Positions 36,856 to 47,305 of a stretch of DNA of 64,000 nt are shown here, piece after piece. The notes under the pieces were generated by a model. It saw only the letters and a program-made list of their open reading frames with translations. It was not told the DNA's origin and searched no databases. Every line of letters begins with the position of its first letter. The stretch's first letter is position 1. The DNA is from Gemmatimonadota bacterium (GTDB lineage: Bacteria > Gemmatimonadota > Gemmatimonadetes > Gemmatimonadales > GWC2-71-9), in the NCBI GenBank assembly GCA_039587315.1, contig JBDHIS010000018.1, forward strand, positions 218 through 64,217, given 5' to 3'. A program made the position numbers and the translations under genes.

Positions 36856-39534
36856 ATGTTCATAGCCACACTAACGCTTGCCCTTCAGGCAGCGACAACG
36901 GCGCAAGGCGCTGCGGTTCCCGACACGACCGATCCGCGCCTGAGGCATCCAGGTCGCATGCCTCCGATCGTCGTCGCTGTGCGCGTGGAGCAGGCGCCCA
37001 ACCTGGACGGCAGGCTGGACGATGACGTATGGCTGTACGCGCCAACTGCGCACGACTTCACACAGGCGCAGCCCGAGGACGGCGCACAGCCCAGCGAGCG
37101 AACCGAGGTCCGGGTCGTTTACGACGGGGGCGCTCTCTACATCGCTGCGCGAATGTACGATTCAGATCCGACAGCGGTCGCGCGTCGCTTGGGGCGGCGC
37201 GACAGTTACACCTCGAGCGACGCCTTCTGGGTTTCCATCGACTCGTACCACGACCATCGCACGTCGTTCATCTTCGACGCCAATCCGGCGGGCGTGCGCT
37301 CCGACATGGTCGCGGTGAACGACGACGGTCACGGTGACGAATCGTGGGATCCAGTGTGGTCGGTCGCGACGAGTGTGGACTCGCTGGGCTGGGTGGCGGA
37401 GATGAGGATTCCGTTCTCTCAACTCCGCTTCTCGGGTGAGGAGGAGCAGATCTGGGGGATCAACTTCCAGCGCAGCATACATCGCAAGAACGAGGACCTG
37501 CGTTGGAGTTGGGTTGCCAACGAGGAGGAGGGCTACACATCCCACTTCGGACACCTGGTGGGCATCGAGGGAGTGCCGGCTCCCCGCCGGTTGGAGGTGC
37601 TCCCCTACGCGGTGGCGACGAGTGACTACCTGGAGGGTGCTGACCCGAGGAATCCGTTCAACGACGGCAGCACGTACGACATCGCCGCCGGGCTCGACCT
37701 CAAGTACGGCGTCACGAGCGAGCTCACGCTCGACGCCACGATCAACCCCGATTTCGGCCAGGTCGAGGCCGACCCGGCTGTGGTCAACCTCTCGGCCTTC
37801 GAAGTGTTCTTTCCCGAGCGGCGCCCGTTCTTCGTTGAGGGCGCGAACATCTTCCAGTTTGGCGCCGGCAGCGGGGGCTTCACGTTCGGGGCTCCCACCC
37901 TGTTCTACTCACGGCGCATCGGACGGGCTCCGTCGATGCCGGTTTTGGATCCGGACGCGGTCTACGTCGACTATCCGGCGCATACGTCCATCATCGGAGC
38001 CGCAAAACTGTCGGGCAAGACAGGAGGGTGGTCCGTCGGCGTGCTGGATGCTCTGACGGCCCCGGAACACGCGACGATCCAGTACGATGATGCTTCGCGG
38101 TCCAATCAGCCGGTCGAGCCACTGGCAAACTACGCGGTCGTGAGCCTGCGCAAGGATCTGCGCCAGGGTGCGAGCGGGTTCGGCTTTCTCGGCACGAGTG
38201 TGATTCGGGACCTGTCCGATTCGCGGTTCGTACCGCTGCGCTCATCTGCGTGGTCGGGGGGCATGGACTTCTTCCACCGCTTCGGCCGCAATCAGTTCGT
38301 GGTGAACGGCTCGTTCAGTGGCGCCCACATCCGCGGGGATCAGACCGCCATTGCGCTGGCCCAGCTGTCGTCAGCTCGCTACTTCCAGCGGCCGGACCAG
38401 GACTACGTTTCGCTCGACACGACACGCACCAGTCTGACCGGGTTCGCCGGTTCGATGCAGGCCGGGAAGGTGTCCGGCAATTTCCTCTACGCCACTGATT
38501 TCTACGCGTACTCGCCCGGACTCGAGGTGAACGACGCGGGCTTCGAGTCCGTGGCCGACCGCATCTTCTGGGGTGTGCGGCTGAACCGGCGCTGGCTCGA
38601 CCCGGGCAAGGTGTTCCGCAACTTCAACATTAACGCGACGTTCGCGAATTCGTGGAACTTCGGAGGCGTGTCCCTGGGGCACAGTCCCTATCTCGGCTTC
38701 AGTGGACAGTTTCACAACTACATGCGGGTCAGCGTGGGTGGGAGCTATTTCTTCACGTCACAGTCGGACAAGGCGACCCGCGGTGGGCCGTTGATGGAGG
38801 ACCCCGCAGGCTGGAGCGCCAACGCGTTCCTCGGCACCGATTATCGCAAGCCCGTGTCCGTCGCGTTGTGGGGCTCATACACCAAGGACGCTTACGGTGG
38901 GTGGTGGTCCGACGCCGGCATGGAAGTCGAGTTTAGGCCGGCCGGAGCCATGACGTTCTCCGTCGTGCCGAGCTACAACCGTTCCAACTCCGCCGGGTTC
39001 TATGTGACACAACGCAGGGACGACTTGGCCGTTGCGACCTACGGCGGGCGCTACGTGTTCAGCGGCCTGGGTCAGAAGGGAGTGGACCTCACGATCCGCG
39101 CGAACCTCTCCGTCACGCCCAACCTCTCGATTCAGCTCTGGGCGCAGCCCTTCGTTGCAGCTGGCGACTACGAGGGCTACAAGGAGCTCGCGGAGCCGGG
39201 CACGTTCGACTTCCTGCGCTACGGCGTAGACAACAACTCGACCATCGATTTCGACGGTGACGCCAACACCTACACCGTTGATCCGGATGGCCCCGGGCCC
39301 GCGGACGCGTTCACGTTCGTCAATCCGGATTTCCGCGTCCGCTCCCTGCGCACGAACCTGGTGGTTCGCTGGGAGTACATGCCTGGATCGACTCTCTTCC
39401 TGGTGTGGAACCACAACCGCTCCGGCTTCTCCAACGACCCGGACTTCGGTGCGTACGACGAGTTCCGGCAGCTCTGGAGCGACGCGCAGCAGAACACCTT
39501 CCTGATCAAGGTCAACTACTGGATTAGCCTCTGA
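36856..39534 (+). CDS. Large outer-membrane protein, CBM9-like N-domain plus DUF5916-type barrel
   Basis: APNLDGRLDDDVWLYAP...FTQAQPEDG...ALYIAARMYDSDP...DAFWVSIDSYHDHRT.FIFDANPAGVRSD...WDPVWSVAT...GWVAEMRIPFSQLRF. 892 aa. Confidence 0.78.
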   Translation: MFIATLTLALQAATTAQGAAVPDTTDPRLRHPGRMPPIVVAVRVEQAPNLDGRLDDDVWLYAPTAHDFTQAQPEDGAQPSERTEVRVVYDGGALYIAARMYDSDPTAVARRLGRRDSYTSSDAFWVSIDSYHDHRTSFIFDANPAGVRSDMVAVNDDGHGDESWDPVWSVATSVDSLGWVAEMRIPFSQLRFSGEEEQIWGINFQRSIHRKNEDLRWSWVANEEEGYTSHFGHLVGIEGVPAPRRLEVLPYAVATSDYLEGADPRNPFNDGSTYDIAAGLDLKYGVTSELTLDATINPDFGQVEADPAVVNLSAFEVFFPERRPFFVEGANIFQFGAGSGGFTFGAPTLFYSRRIGRAPSMPVLDPDAVYVDYPAHTSIIGAAKLSGKTGGWSVGVLDALTAPEHATIQYDDASRSNQPVEPLANYAVVSLRKDLRQGASGFGFLGTSVIRDLSDSRFVPLRSSAWSGGMDFFHRFGRNQFVVNGSFSGAHIRGDQTAIALAQLSSARYFQRPDQDYVSLDTTRTSLTGFAGSMQAGKVSGNFLYATDFYAYSPGLEVNDAGFESVADRIFWGVRLNRRWLDPGKVFRNFNINATFANSWNFGGVSLGHSPYLGFSGQFHNYMRVSVGGSYFFTSQSDKATRGGPLMEDPAGWSANAFLGTDYRKPVSVALWGSYTKDAYGGWWSDAGMEVEFRPAGAMTFSVVPSYNRSNSAGFYVTQRRDDLAVATYGGRYVFSGLGQKGVDLTIRANLSVTPNLSIQLWAQPFVAAGDYEGYKELAEPGTFDFLRYGVDNNSTIDFDGDANTYTVDPDGPGPADAFTFVNPDFRVRSLRTNLVVRWEYMPGSTLFLVWNHNRSGFSNDPDFGAYDEFRQLWSDAQQNTFLIKVNYWISL

Positions 39535-39592
39535 CCGCCCGCAGGGAGTGGATCGCGAGCGCCGGCGGCGCGGAGCGTAGCCGGCTCTCTTC

Positions 39593-40564
39593 ATGCCGGC
39601 TCTCGCCCATGTGCCCGATTCTTCCTATCTTGGGCGCGTCACGCGACGGAGGACTCCGGTAGTGCCTGAGTACCATCTGGTCGTGTCCAATCCCCCTCAC
39701 GGCAGTCTGGATTTCCAGGCGGCCGCCAAGTGCCTCGGCTGTGCTGCGGCCGACGTACGCATGAAGTCCAACTTCCGCGCGCCCGAGATCTGGCTCGCCG
39801 AGACCGAACTCGAGAACGCCAGAGAGAAGGCCACGGGACTGCTCCAGGCGGGCTTTCACGTGGCGCTCATTCCCGGGAAGGTGCTGGCGGCCGTGCCCGG
39901 CCTTCAACTCGCGACCGCACTGACGCTCGACGAGTCATCACTGAGCGTCGAGTGCACGACGGGGCCCGTGCAAATCGACCGCGCGAGTCGGGTGGTAGCC
40001 GTGTTCGGTGAGCCGCCAAAGGACGACCAGCCGGCCGCGCGTCGGAGCGGATCCGTGCTCACTGCGAACATCCAGACCGGAGGCGGGGCCCTCGGGGGTA
40101 TTGCGGGCGCGGCTGGCGCCGGAGGTGGTCTCGCCCACATGGCTGCGGACGCTGCCGCCGGCAAGCTGGAAGGCCACGCGGCGGACGCCGGCGCCGCGCC
40201 GACACAGCGAATCAGTGACGTGCACGGCGAGCCCGAGCCGTCACAGTTCCTGGACCTGTACGCCTACTCCCCAACAGGGTGGCTGTGCGTGCGGTTCGCG
40301 GCAGGACACGTCGATTTCTCGGGCCTGGGTGCCGCGAAGCAGCCGGTCGCGAGGGCTAACCTCAAGGCCGTCGCTGAGTGCTTTGGGAACTCGGTGACTG
40401 ACGAGCGATTGATGAACGTGAACTACCGACGCGTTGTCGTCGCGGGCAAAGCGGTTCACGCGCTGCTGGGCGAGATCGACGAGGCACTGGGCGAGCTTCC
40501 ACTCATGGAGGTTGGGTCGCGTTTGGCTTTCCTGACCTCGAAGAGCAAGCTCGAGCAGCAGTAG
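39593..40564 (+). CDS. Hypothetical protein with central Gly/Ala-rich linker
   Basis: 323-aa ORF with GC3 bias; no family recognised. Confidence 0.45.
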   Translation: MPALAHVPDSSYLGRVTRRRTPVVPEYHLVVSNPPHGSLDFQAAAKCLGCAAADVRMKSNFRAPEIWLAETELENAREKATGLLQAGFHVALIPGKVLAAVPGLQLATALTLDESSLSVECTTGPVQIDRASRVVAVFGEPPKDDQPAARRSGSVLTANIQTGGGALGGIAGAAGAGGGLAHMAADAAAGKLEGHAADAGAAPTQRISDVHGEPEPSQFLDLYAYSPTGWLCVRFAAGHVDFSGLGAAKQPVARANLKAVAECFGNSVTDERLMNVNYRRVVVAGKAVHALLGEIDEALGELPLMEVGSRLAFLTSKSKLEQQ

Positions 40565-41212
40565 CTAGCGGGTCATCCTGACCGTGCGCCGTGCCTCCCG
40601 GCGCCCGAGCGGGTAGCCGACCCCGGCCATCAGGTAGAATGAGCGCCACTTCCTGTCGCTGCCCTCCTGCAGCTCGTTGAGCCCCATGTTGAAGCGCCCG
40701 TCGACCGTCAGCACTACGGGTCCCACATACACGTCGACTGCCGCGCCGAGGAGGAAGTTCCACTGCGGGCTGGTCGGGCTGCCGCCTGCGCTGTCACATC
40801 CCTGGGCCGCTACCCCTTCGAGCGTGCACTTCGTCTCGAAGGCTGCCGAGCCGCCCGCGTAGAAAACGGGGTAGAACGGATCCCCCGAGATCCTCAAGCC
40901 GACGATCAGCGGAATCTCCACGAAGTCCATCTGGACATCCGTACCCTCGAAAGTCGTGAACTTGCGCTGCGAGTAGAGGACTTCGGCCTGCAGAGCGATT
41001 ATCTGCATGGTGTGCAGGCTTGCGTAGGCGCCACCGACGAACGCGGTCTGGTAGCTCGAGTTCTCCACGTTGCTCACATCCGAATGGGTCACGCCGGCCT
41101 TGACTCCCAGGTTGAGCCACTGGGCCTGAAGCGCCACAGGTGACAGCAGCGCGATCGAGACCGAGATTGACAGGGAGAGCAGGGGGCGTCGCGGGATCAT
41201 GCTGGACTCCAT
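40565..41212 (-). CDS. Outer-membrane beta-barrel protein (OMP_b-brl type)
   Basis: The start at 41212 gives MESSMIPRRPLLSLSISVSIALLSPVALQAQ. Beta-strand pattern. The upstream part of ORF 40565..41512 was rejected. Confidence 0.65.
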   Translation of the reverse strand: MESSMIPRRPLLSLSISVSIALLSPVALQAQWLNLGVKAGVTHSDVSNVENSSYQTAFVGGAYASLHTMQIIALQAEVLYSQRKFTTFEGTDVQMDFVEIPLIVGLRISGDPFYPVFYAGGSAAFETKCTLEGVAAQGCDSAGGSPTSPQWNFLLGAAVDVYVGPVVLTVDGRFNMGLNELQEGSDRKWRSFYLMAGVGYPLGRREARRTVRMTR

Positions 41213-41260
41213 TGGTGTGCGCGGATTCGGGAATCTAGCTAGCCGGGGGAGATTAGTCAG

Positions 41261-42088
41261 GTGAATCAGACTGGAAGCGACTTCACTCACGCAGTGCTCG
41301 GGGCCACCGGTATGCGGGTCCACCGCCTCGGCCTCGCGGGCAGCTACCGTCCCGGCAAGAAGACGATCCACTACGCGTTCGAGCGTGGCATCAACTACGT
41401 GTTCTGCTACGGTTTCGACACACAGATGGTGGGGGTGCTGCGTGAAGTGTTGCGGCACGACCGCGAGCGTTTCGTGGTTGCGACCGGCGCGTACAACTAC
41501 ATCTGGGGCCACCAGGACGTTCGACGCACGTGTGAGAAGCGGCTCCGGAAGCTCCGCACGGACTACATTGACGTCTTTCTCTTCCTGGGGGTCATGAAAG
41601 GAAGGGAGTTTCCGCAGCGCGCTCGAGAGGAACTCTACCGGCTCCGCGAGGAGGGGAAGATCCGCGCGGTGGGGATGTCATGTCACGACCGCCAGTTCGC
41701 GGGGCAGTTGGCCGAGGAAGGCGCTCTCGACGTACTCATGATCCGCTACAATGCGGCACACCGGGGCGCGGAGCGCGACATCTTCCCTCACCTCGAAGGG
41801 CACGACCCCGGGGTCGTGAGCTACACGGCCACGCGATGGCGCCGGCTACTGCGTCGGCCACGGGGCTGGCCCAGGGACGGATTCCGTCCCAGCGCCGGAC
41901 AGTGCTACCGCTTCGTGCTCTCCAATCCGCACGTGCACGTCGTGATGACTGCTCCGAGCAACCGGGAACAGCTGGACCACAACCTGGCCGCGCTGGAAGA
42001 GGGTCCGCTCTCATCCGAAGAGATGAACGAGATGCATCGCTTCGGGGACGCCGTACACGAGCGCAGCGGCTGGTTCATGGGGAAGTAG
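41261..42088 (+). CDS. Aldo/keto reductase family oxidoreductase
   Basis: LGATGMRVHRLGLAGSY...GINYVF...LRTDYIDVFLFLGV...IRAVGMSCHD. Confidence 0.82.
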   Translation: MNQTGSDFTHAVLGATGMRVHRLGLAGSYRPGKKTIHYAFERGINYVFCYGFDTQMVGVLREVLRHDRERFVVATGAYNYIWGHQDVRRTCEKRLRKLRTDYIDVFLFLGVMKGREFPQRAREELYRLREEGKIRAVGMSCHDRQFAGQLAEEGALDVLMIRYNAAHRGAERDIFPHLEGHDPGVVSYTATRWRRLLRRPRGWPRDGFRPSAGQCYRFVLSNPHVHVVMTAPSNREQLDHNLAALEEGPLSSEEMNEMHRFGDAVHERSGWFMGK

Positions 42089-42101
42089 GACAAGGCTACG
42101 C

Positions 42102-43289
42102 TCACCGCTGCGGCGGTAGCGTCTCATCCCAATCGAGCGAGTTGTACTTGCGAAGTAGCTCGATGGTCTCCTCGATGGGCAGCGCCTCGAGGGTGTGGCC
42201 CCGGCCCGAAACCGTCGTTGCCTTGAACATGGCGTTGTAGATGGCCTCCTGCGTCGCTTCGACGGTCGCTGCGAAGAGCGGCGACATCTCCGGATTTGGT
42301 AGCCACTCCTGCGTCAGCGGCACGCGTTTCTCGCGGTCGCGCCGCACGCTCTCTGACGTGGAGAATGCAATCACGTAGTCTCCGGAGCTGTTCGAGGCGT
42401 AGGACCCGGTGCGGGCGAGACCCATGATGGCGCGCCTGGCGAGGCGCTCGAGGTTCATCGGCGAGAGCGGTGCGTCGGTCGCGACAACGATCATGATGGA
42501 GCCGCCGTCCTGCGGCTCGAGTGCCCACCAGAAGGGGTAGCGGCCCAGCTCCCGTCCCACCGGCGCTCCGTTGATCGTGAGGAAACCGCCGAAGTTGGTC
42601 TGTACCAACACTCCGATCGTGTAGCCCCCCAACCGCTCGGGCAGCAGCCGGGAGCTGGTGCCGATTCCGCCCTTCCAGACGAAAGCGGCCGTACCACGGC
42701 CTGCGCCCACGCTCCCCTCTTCGACCGGCCCGTCAGTCGCACTCTCGAGTGCCTGCCGCACGTGCTCCGCTTTGACGGGGTTTGCCCACATGTCGCTTAC
42801 GTACCCGTCATTGCACTCGCCCACGATTGGATTGACAGTGTGTTTCCAGTCGCCGTGTTGGGCCAGCAGATACTCTTTCAGCGCCTCGGCGGCGCTCCAC
42901 ACACAGAGCGTGCACGTGAGAAGGATCGGCGTCTCGATCTCCCCGAACTCCCTCACCTGCGTCTCGCCGATGAGCTTGCCGTAACCGTTGTGGACGAGGA
43001 TCCAACCCGGCACGGGATTGCGATACAAGTCTCCCTCGTGCGGAATGACCGCTGTCACCCCTGTGTTGACGCTGTCGCCCTCGATCACGGTCGCGTGCCC
43101 GACTCGCACGCCGGCGACGTCGGTTATCGCGTTGTGCTCTCCGGTGGCGAACACTCCCACTACCAGGCCGACGTCTCGGACGCGCGGGCGTTCCGGCTCC
43201 TGTGCTCTCCCCATGGCTGCGAACGTCCCGAGCGCCAGCAGTAGCATGGATGTCACGCGGTGCGTCATGGTGCCCAACCTCCAGTCCAC
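42102..43289 (-). CDS. P1 family peptidase (S58, DmpA/BapA-like aminopeptidase), secreted
   Basis: ITDVAGVRVGH...NTGVTAVIP...GSIMIVVATDAPLSPMNLERLARRA..GLARTGS. Confidence 0.85.
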   Translation of the reverse strand: MDWRLGTMTHRVTSMLLLALGTFAAMGRAQEPERPRVRDVGLVVGVFATGEHNAITDVAGVRVGHATVIEGDSVNTGVTAVIPHEGDLYRNPVPGWILVHNGYGKLIGETQVREFGEIETPILLTCTLCVWSAAEALKEYLLAQHGDWKHTVNPIVGECNDGYVSDMWANPVKAEHVRQALESATDGPVEEGSVGAGRGTAAFVWKGGIGTSSRLLPERLGGYTIGVLVQTNFGGFLTINGAPVGRELGRYPFWWALEPQDGGSIMIVVATDAPLSPMNLERLARRAIMGLARTGSYASNSSGDYVIAFSTSESVRRDREKRVPLTQEWLPNPEMSPLFAATVEATQEAIYNAMFKATTVSGRGHTLEALPIEETIELLRKYNSLDWDETLPPQR

Positions 43290-44318
43290 TCAGCGGTGCC
43301 TGAAGAAGTGCGGTCGATCCGGATCGCGCATTTCGCGTAGCCGGCCATCCACATGATCCGGCACGAGCAGGTCGTCCGCGATTGCGGCGACCTCTTCGGC
43401 TTCCTTCCAGTCCAGCTCCAGCAACGCCAATTCACCCTCAAGCGCGAATCGCTCGTTCTCCTCGTTGGCGGCCATCTCGATGGCGAGCCGCACGTCCAAC
43501 GGCAGTCTCGGCAGGACCTTTCGGCCCGGCTCCTTGCTGTCCGCGACATGGGCCGCAGCCAGGAGGTAACGCTCCGGCTTGTCGAAGCTCTCCAGCAAGC
43601 GGAGTGCCCGGTCCACCCGGGCTTGAGGTGCTCCCGCCACGTTCAGCTTGGGCATGAGGAGTGCTGCGGCGTTGAGTGCGTGCTGGCCCTTGAGGGCGCG
43701 GTAGCCCTTCGTGTGCGGCACGCCGAGGCTCCACCCGTCCTCTGCCTCCAGATCCGGTCGCAGTCTCAGGTCCTCCGCGTGCTCGCCCAGGACGGTGAGC
43801 ACGTCTCCATCGTCGGTGGGCACACGCGCGATCAGGCGCCGCCTGCGGGATGAGCTCACCCACTCGTCAACAGCCTTGTACGCCCACCAACTCCCGGCAA
43901 TCGCGGCTGCGGGAGCGACCCATCCAGCGAGGAGTGCGCCGCCGACGACGGCCGCTCCGACGCCGGCTCTGTACCCCCTCTCTCGGCGGCGGCCGAACTG
44001 GTCACCGTAGCGCCAGGCCGCCAGCTCGGGTCTGAGGGGGTCGCCAATGCGCACCAACTCCAATCCCTCGAGCAGGCGGGCGAGTCCGACGTTCTCGCTC
44101 GAGACACGGTGGCGGGCCGCGCGAAAGCGGCGCTCGCAGTCCTCCACTGCCTCCCAGCGTTCCTCCAGCGGAGTGAGGTTCCAGCGCTCGCAGTGGCGGC
44201 ACACCACCCACAGCCTTCCGCGGGCGGCATCGAATGCGAGACGCCGCCCAACGGGGAAGGTCTCGACGACGTCGTTGCTCCCGAGGTGCTGATTGCAGAA
44301 CAGGCAGGTCGCGTACAC
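43290..44318 (-). CDS. Hypothetical zinc-ribbon membrane protein
   Basis: GTG start. N-terminal CLFCN...CRHCE, central TM region (GAAVVGGALLAGWVAPAAAIAGSWWAY), acidic helical C-terminus. Its stop abuts the start of the peptidase gene. Confidence 0.55.
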   Translation of the reverse strand: MYATCLFCNQHLGSNDVVETFPVGRRLAFDAARGRLWVVCRHCERWNLTPLEERWEAVEDCERRFRAARHRVSSENVGLARLLEGLELVRIGDPLRPELAAWRYGDQFGRRRERGYRAGVGAAVVGGALLAGWVAPAAAIAGSWWAYKAVDEWVSSSRRRRLIARVPTDDGDVLTVLGEHAEDLRLRPDLEAEDGWSLGVPHTKGYRALKGQHALNAAALLMPKLNVAGAPQARVDRALRLLESFDKPERYLLAAAHVADSKEPGRKVLPRLPLDVRLAIEMAANEENERFALEGELALLELDWKEAEEVAAIADDLLVPDHVDGRLREMRDPDRPHFFRHR

Positions 44319-44351
44319 CCAGTTAGCATACCGGCCCGAACGCGCGGCGGC

Positions 44352-44382
44352 AAAAGAAAGGCGCCCGACTCAGCCGGGCGCC
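44352..44382 (-). terminator. Rho-independent terminator of the 44408..46231 gene
   Basis: On the minus strand, GGCGCCCG-7 nt-CGGGCGCC is followed by TTTCTTTT. It lies 26 nt after the stop. Confidence 0.8.
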
Positions 44383-44407
44383 TCGGGCGTGCCGATCCGA
44401 ACTCGGG

Positions 44408-46231
44408 TTAGCGCTGCGCGGACCCGCCCAGCTGCTCCAGCATTCGCTTGGCGTTCCCGTTGTCGGGGTTGAGCGCCAGCGACTTGCGGTAGCTCTGGAT
44501 CGCCTCGTCGTTGCGGTCCAGGGTCATGTACGCCTCGCCCAGACTGTCCCACGTGTTGGCCGACTCTGGGAACACGGCGGAGTTGAGCTGGAACACCCTC
44601 AGTGCGTCCTCGGGCCGATCGTGGCGCAGCAGGTTGTAGCCCGCCACGTTGATGTAGAACTCGTGCGGGGCGCCGCCAGCCTCCCGATGGAGCTCCACCG
44701 CGGCGCCCACTCCGCTGTCCAGGGCGGCTCGCAGCACCGGATCGGTAACGTCGTCCGGTCCCGGATCACCCAGGTGCCGCAGCATGAACAGGGCGTTCAC
44801 CTTCTCGAGGTCCAGGTCCACGGCTTTGCGGTAGTAGACGATCGCTGAGTCGCGCATGCCGGCGACCAGGAACGCCTCGGCGAAACTATCGTAGGCGTTG
44901 ACCACGCCGGGGAACAGGGTGACGTAGAGGCGAAACAGCTGCAGCGCCTGATCCACGCGACCGCTGTGCAGGAACTGGTATCCCATCCGGTTGAACGTGC
45001 CGGATCGCGGCGGCCAAAGCGCGGGCTCGTCCCAGGCTGCCTCCCACATCATCTCCGCCGACACGATCCCTTCCTCGAACAACACCTGCTGCAACTCGTC
45101 CTCCATGTAGCGCCCGGGGAACGTCGGCGTGGGAGCGCCCAGGAGAATGAGACCGATGCTGCGGGATAGAGCCGACACCTGGGAGTGGCGCACGTTGCTG
45201 AGCGCCACGATGAGCAGCCCATCTCTCGGGAAGCGGTCTATCGTCGTGGTCACGCCGGGACCGCCACCAGTGTGGGCGACTATCGGACGCTTGTCGCCCT
45301 CGACCCAGTAGTACCGCAGACTCCAGCCGTATCCGTAGTTGGCGTGGTCGCTGGGCGTGAACATCCGCTCCTTGGAGGCGGGCGTGACCAATGCGTTCTC
45401 GCGCAGGGCGCGGTCCCACTCGAGCAGATCGCCGGCGGTCGAGTACAATCCGCCAGCGCCGCGGTACCAGGCGACGTCCATGCGGTCTGGACGTTCGACC
45501 GTTCCGAGAATGCGTGCGTATCCCTCGGCGAGGCCCTCCACGGTGATCTGCCGCGACACGAGGCCCGTGTTCTCCATGCCGAGCGGCGCGAAGATCCGCT
45601 GCTCCAGGAACGCGGCGAACTCCACGCCGCTCGCCGACTCGACGATGCGGGCCAGCAGCATGTACCCCACGTTGTTGTAGGAGAACCGCGTGCCCGGCTC
45701 CATCACGGGCCCCTGCGCGTTGATGAGGCCGAACAGCCGGCCCCAGGTGGTGTCGCGATCCGCGCGCCCGTCGAGCATGAAGGCGGTCTCCTCGGGGATG
45801 CACGACGTGTGGGTCAACAGCTGGTGGACCGTGACGTGGTCGGCGATGTCCTTGCGGTACTCGGGCAAGTACCTCGAGATCGGTGCTTCGAGGTCGATCT
45901 TGCCCTCCTCCACCAGCAACATCACGGCGGCCGCCGTGAATTGCTTTGCGATGGACCCGAGCCGGAACCTGGTGTTCAGCGTGTTGGATACTCCCTGATC
46001 CAGGTCGGCATAGCCGTAGGCCGTTTCGAAGAGCACCTCTCCGTCCTGCGCCACCAGCACCACACCATCGAAGAGGCCAACCTCATGGAAGGCGTTGGCC
46101 ATCTGCTGGACGGCGGTCAGCTGGTCTCGATCGACGGTCACACGTTGTTGCGCTGGGAGCACCGGTGACCAAGCTGCCACTGCAGTGGCGGTCAGGATTC
46201 CGGTGAGGGCCGTGCGGAGAGCTCGAGCCAT
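44408..46231 (-). CDS. Serine hydrolase (beta-lactamase/PBP family) with C-terminal TPR repeats, secreted
   Basis: SxxK motif in RLGSIAKQFTAAAVMLL, YSNVGY-like (YNNVGYMLL), HTGGGPG. The C-terminal 200 aa are TPR-like. Confidence 0.85.
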   Translation of the reverse strand: MARALRTALTGILTATAVAAWSPVLPAQQRVTVDRDQLTAVQQMANAFHEVGLFDGVVLVAQDGEVLFETAYGYADLDQGVSNTLNTRFRLGSIAKQFTAAAVMLLVEEGKIDLEAPISRYLPEYRKDIADHVTVHQLLTHTSCIPEETAFMLDGRADRDTTWGRLFGLINAQGPVMEPGTRFSYNNVGYMLLARIVESASGVEFAAFLEQRIFAPLGMENTGLVSRQITVEGLAEGYARILGTVERPDRMDVAWYRGAGGLYSTAGDLLEWDRALRENALVTPASKERMFTPSDHANYGYGWSLRYYWVEGDKRPIVAHTGGGPGVTTTIDRFPRDGLLIVALSNVRHSQVSALSRSIGLILLGAPTPTFPGRYMEDELQQVLFEEGIVSAEMMWEAAWDEPALWPPRSGTFNRMGYQFLHSGRVDQALQLFRLYVTLFPGVVNAYDSFAEAFLVAGMRDSAIVYYRKAVDLDLEKVNALFMLRHLGDPGPDDVTDPVLRAALDSGVGAAVELHREAGGAPHEFYINVAGYNLLRHDRPEDALRVFQLNSAVFPESANTWDSLGEAYMTLDRNDEAIQSYRKSLALNPDNGNAKRMLEQLGGSAQR

Positions 46232-46396
46232 GAGATCTCGATCCGGTCAGTTGGCTGGTGTGAGGGCCTCCGTCCATCCAATCATGGGCGATGCCCATAC
46301 CGATTGGATAGCCCGGAGTGCTGGAAGGGTTGATCGTCTTCTGGAGAGAGAGGGCCCCGGGCAGGCGCCCGGGGCCACGTCCACCAATCGGCTGAC

Positions 46397-46930
46397 TCAG
46401 ACTCTCTTCCAGCTCCCACAGACCTTTCTGCTGTGGATTCCGATCTGAAGCTTCGTCGCCACCTTCATGCCTTTGAGGATGAGGCAGCTCTTCAGCGCTT
46501 CCGCGAACGCGGCTATGGCCGCCGGGACCTGGCCGGCCAGAATGAGTGGCACGGCGATCAGCGCCGCCTTCTTGGCGCAATCCTTGAGCTCACGCTCGAA
46601 GTTGGGGGGTGCGGCCTCATGAAGTGTCACCTGCGCGAAGAAGGTCTTCCTGCAAGTCCGTCTCCATGCGCAGGGATACGGGACCTTGGTCCAGCCGTCG
46701 AGAGGGATCCTGACCCGCTTGTAGCAGGTCTCGGTCTTGAACTCGGGCCAGCTGCCGATGGATACGAGTTTGAACTCCCAGGTTCGTCCCTCCGCTCGGG
46801 ATGCCGGGTAGAAGTACACGCCCTCATCGACATCGGCGTCGCTGCGCCCCGGTGCCGACGGGGTCCCCATGTGAAACTGGAAATCCGGCTCGCTCGTTGC
46901 GGTCCCCTTGCGGGTCTTCTTCTTTGCCAC
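46397..46930 (-). CDS. Orphan Cys-containing hypothetical protein (177 aa)
   Basis: GTG start 7 nt after AGGAGG, with GC3-biased codons. A hydrophobic segment (AALIAVPLILAGQVPAAIAAFA). No family recognised. Confidence 0.55.
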   Translation of the reverse strand: MAKKKTRKGTATSEPDFQFHMGTPSAPGRSDADVDEGVYFYPASRAEGRTWEFKLVSIGSWPEFKTETCYKRVRIPLDGWTKVPYPCAWRRTCRKTFFAQVTLHEAAPPNFERELKDCAKKAALIAVPLILAGQVPAAIAAFAEALKSCLILKGMKVATKLQIGIHSRKVCGSWKRV

Positions 46931-47305
46931 GCGTTTCCTCCTGCGGTTGTGGGTGTGTGGTAGCGTCAGCTACCGGCGTACTCGGCTCCCGAGCGGTCGC
47001 CTAGTGAGACGAGCCAAGTCGCATGGCGCGCGTGCAGACCGCGAGCCAGCGTCCGAATGGGCGCAAGTCGGCGCTGTGGCGGAACTGCGGTTAGTTCCGT
47101 CTCAACAACGGTGATTCAGTTGTCCTTGAAATCTCGGACTGAGGGCGTGGCAGGCCGGCTTCAGGACTGCAGATGCTCGCTACGAGAGCGCGGCCAAGAT
47201 GGCCTACGCCAGGAGTCTTCGGTAGGCCTCACTTGGGGCATCATATGCCGGAATTGGGACATTTCTATTCGGAGAGGCGCTTTAACCAGGTGCCGATGCC
47301 TCAGA

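Noticed and set aside
40562-40567. Back-to-back stop codons (TAG/CTA) of convergent genes with zero intergenic spacing
   Set aside because: Compact convergent gene ends are common in dense genomes, and there is no additional structure to explain.
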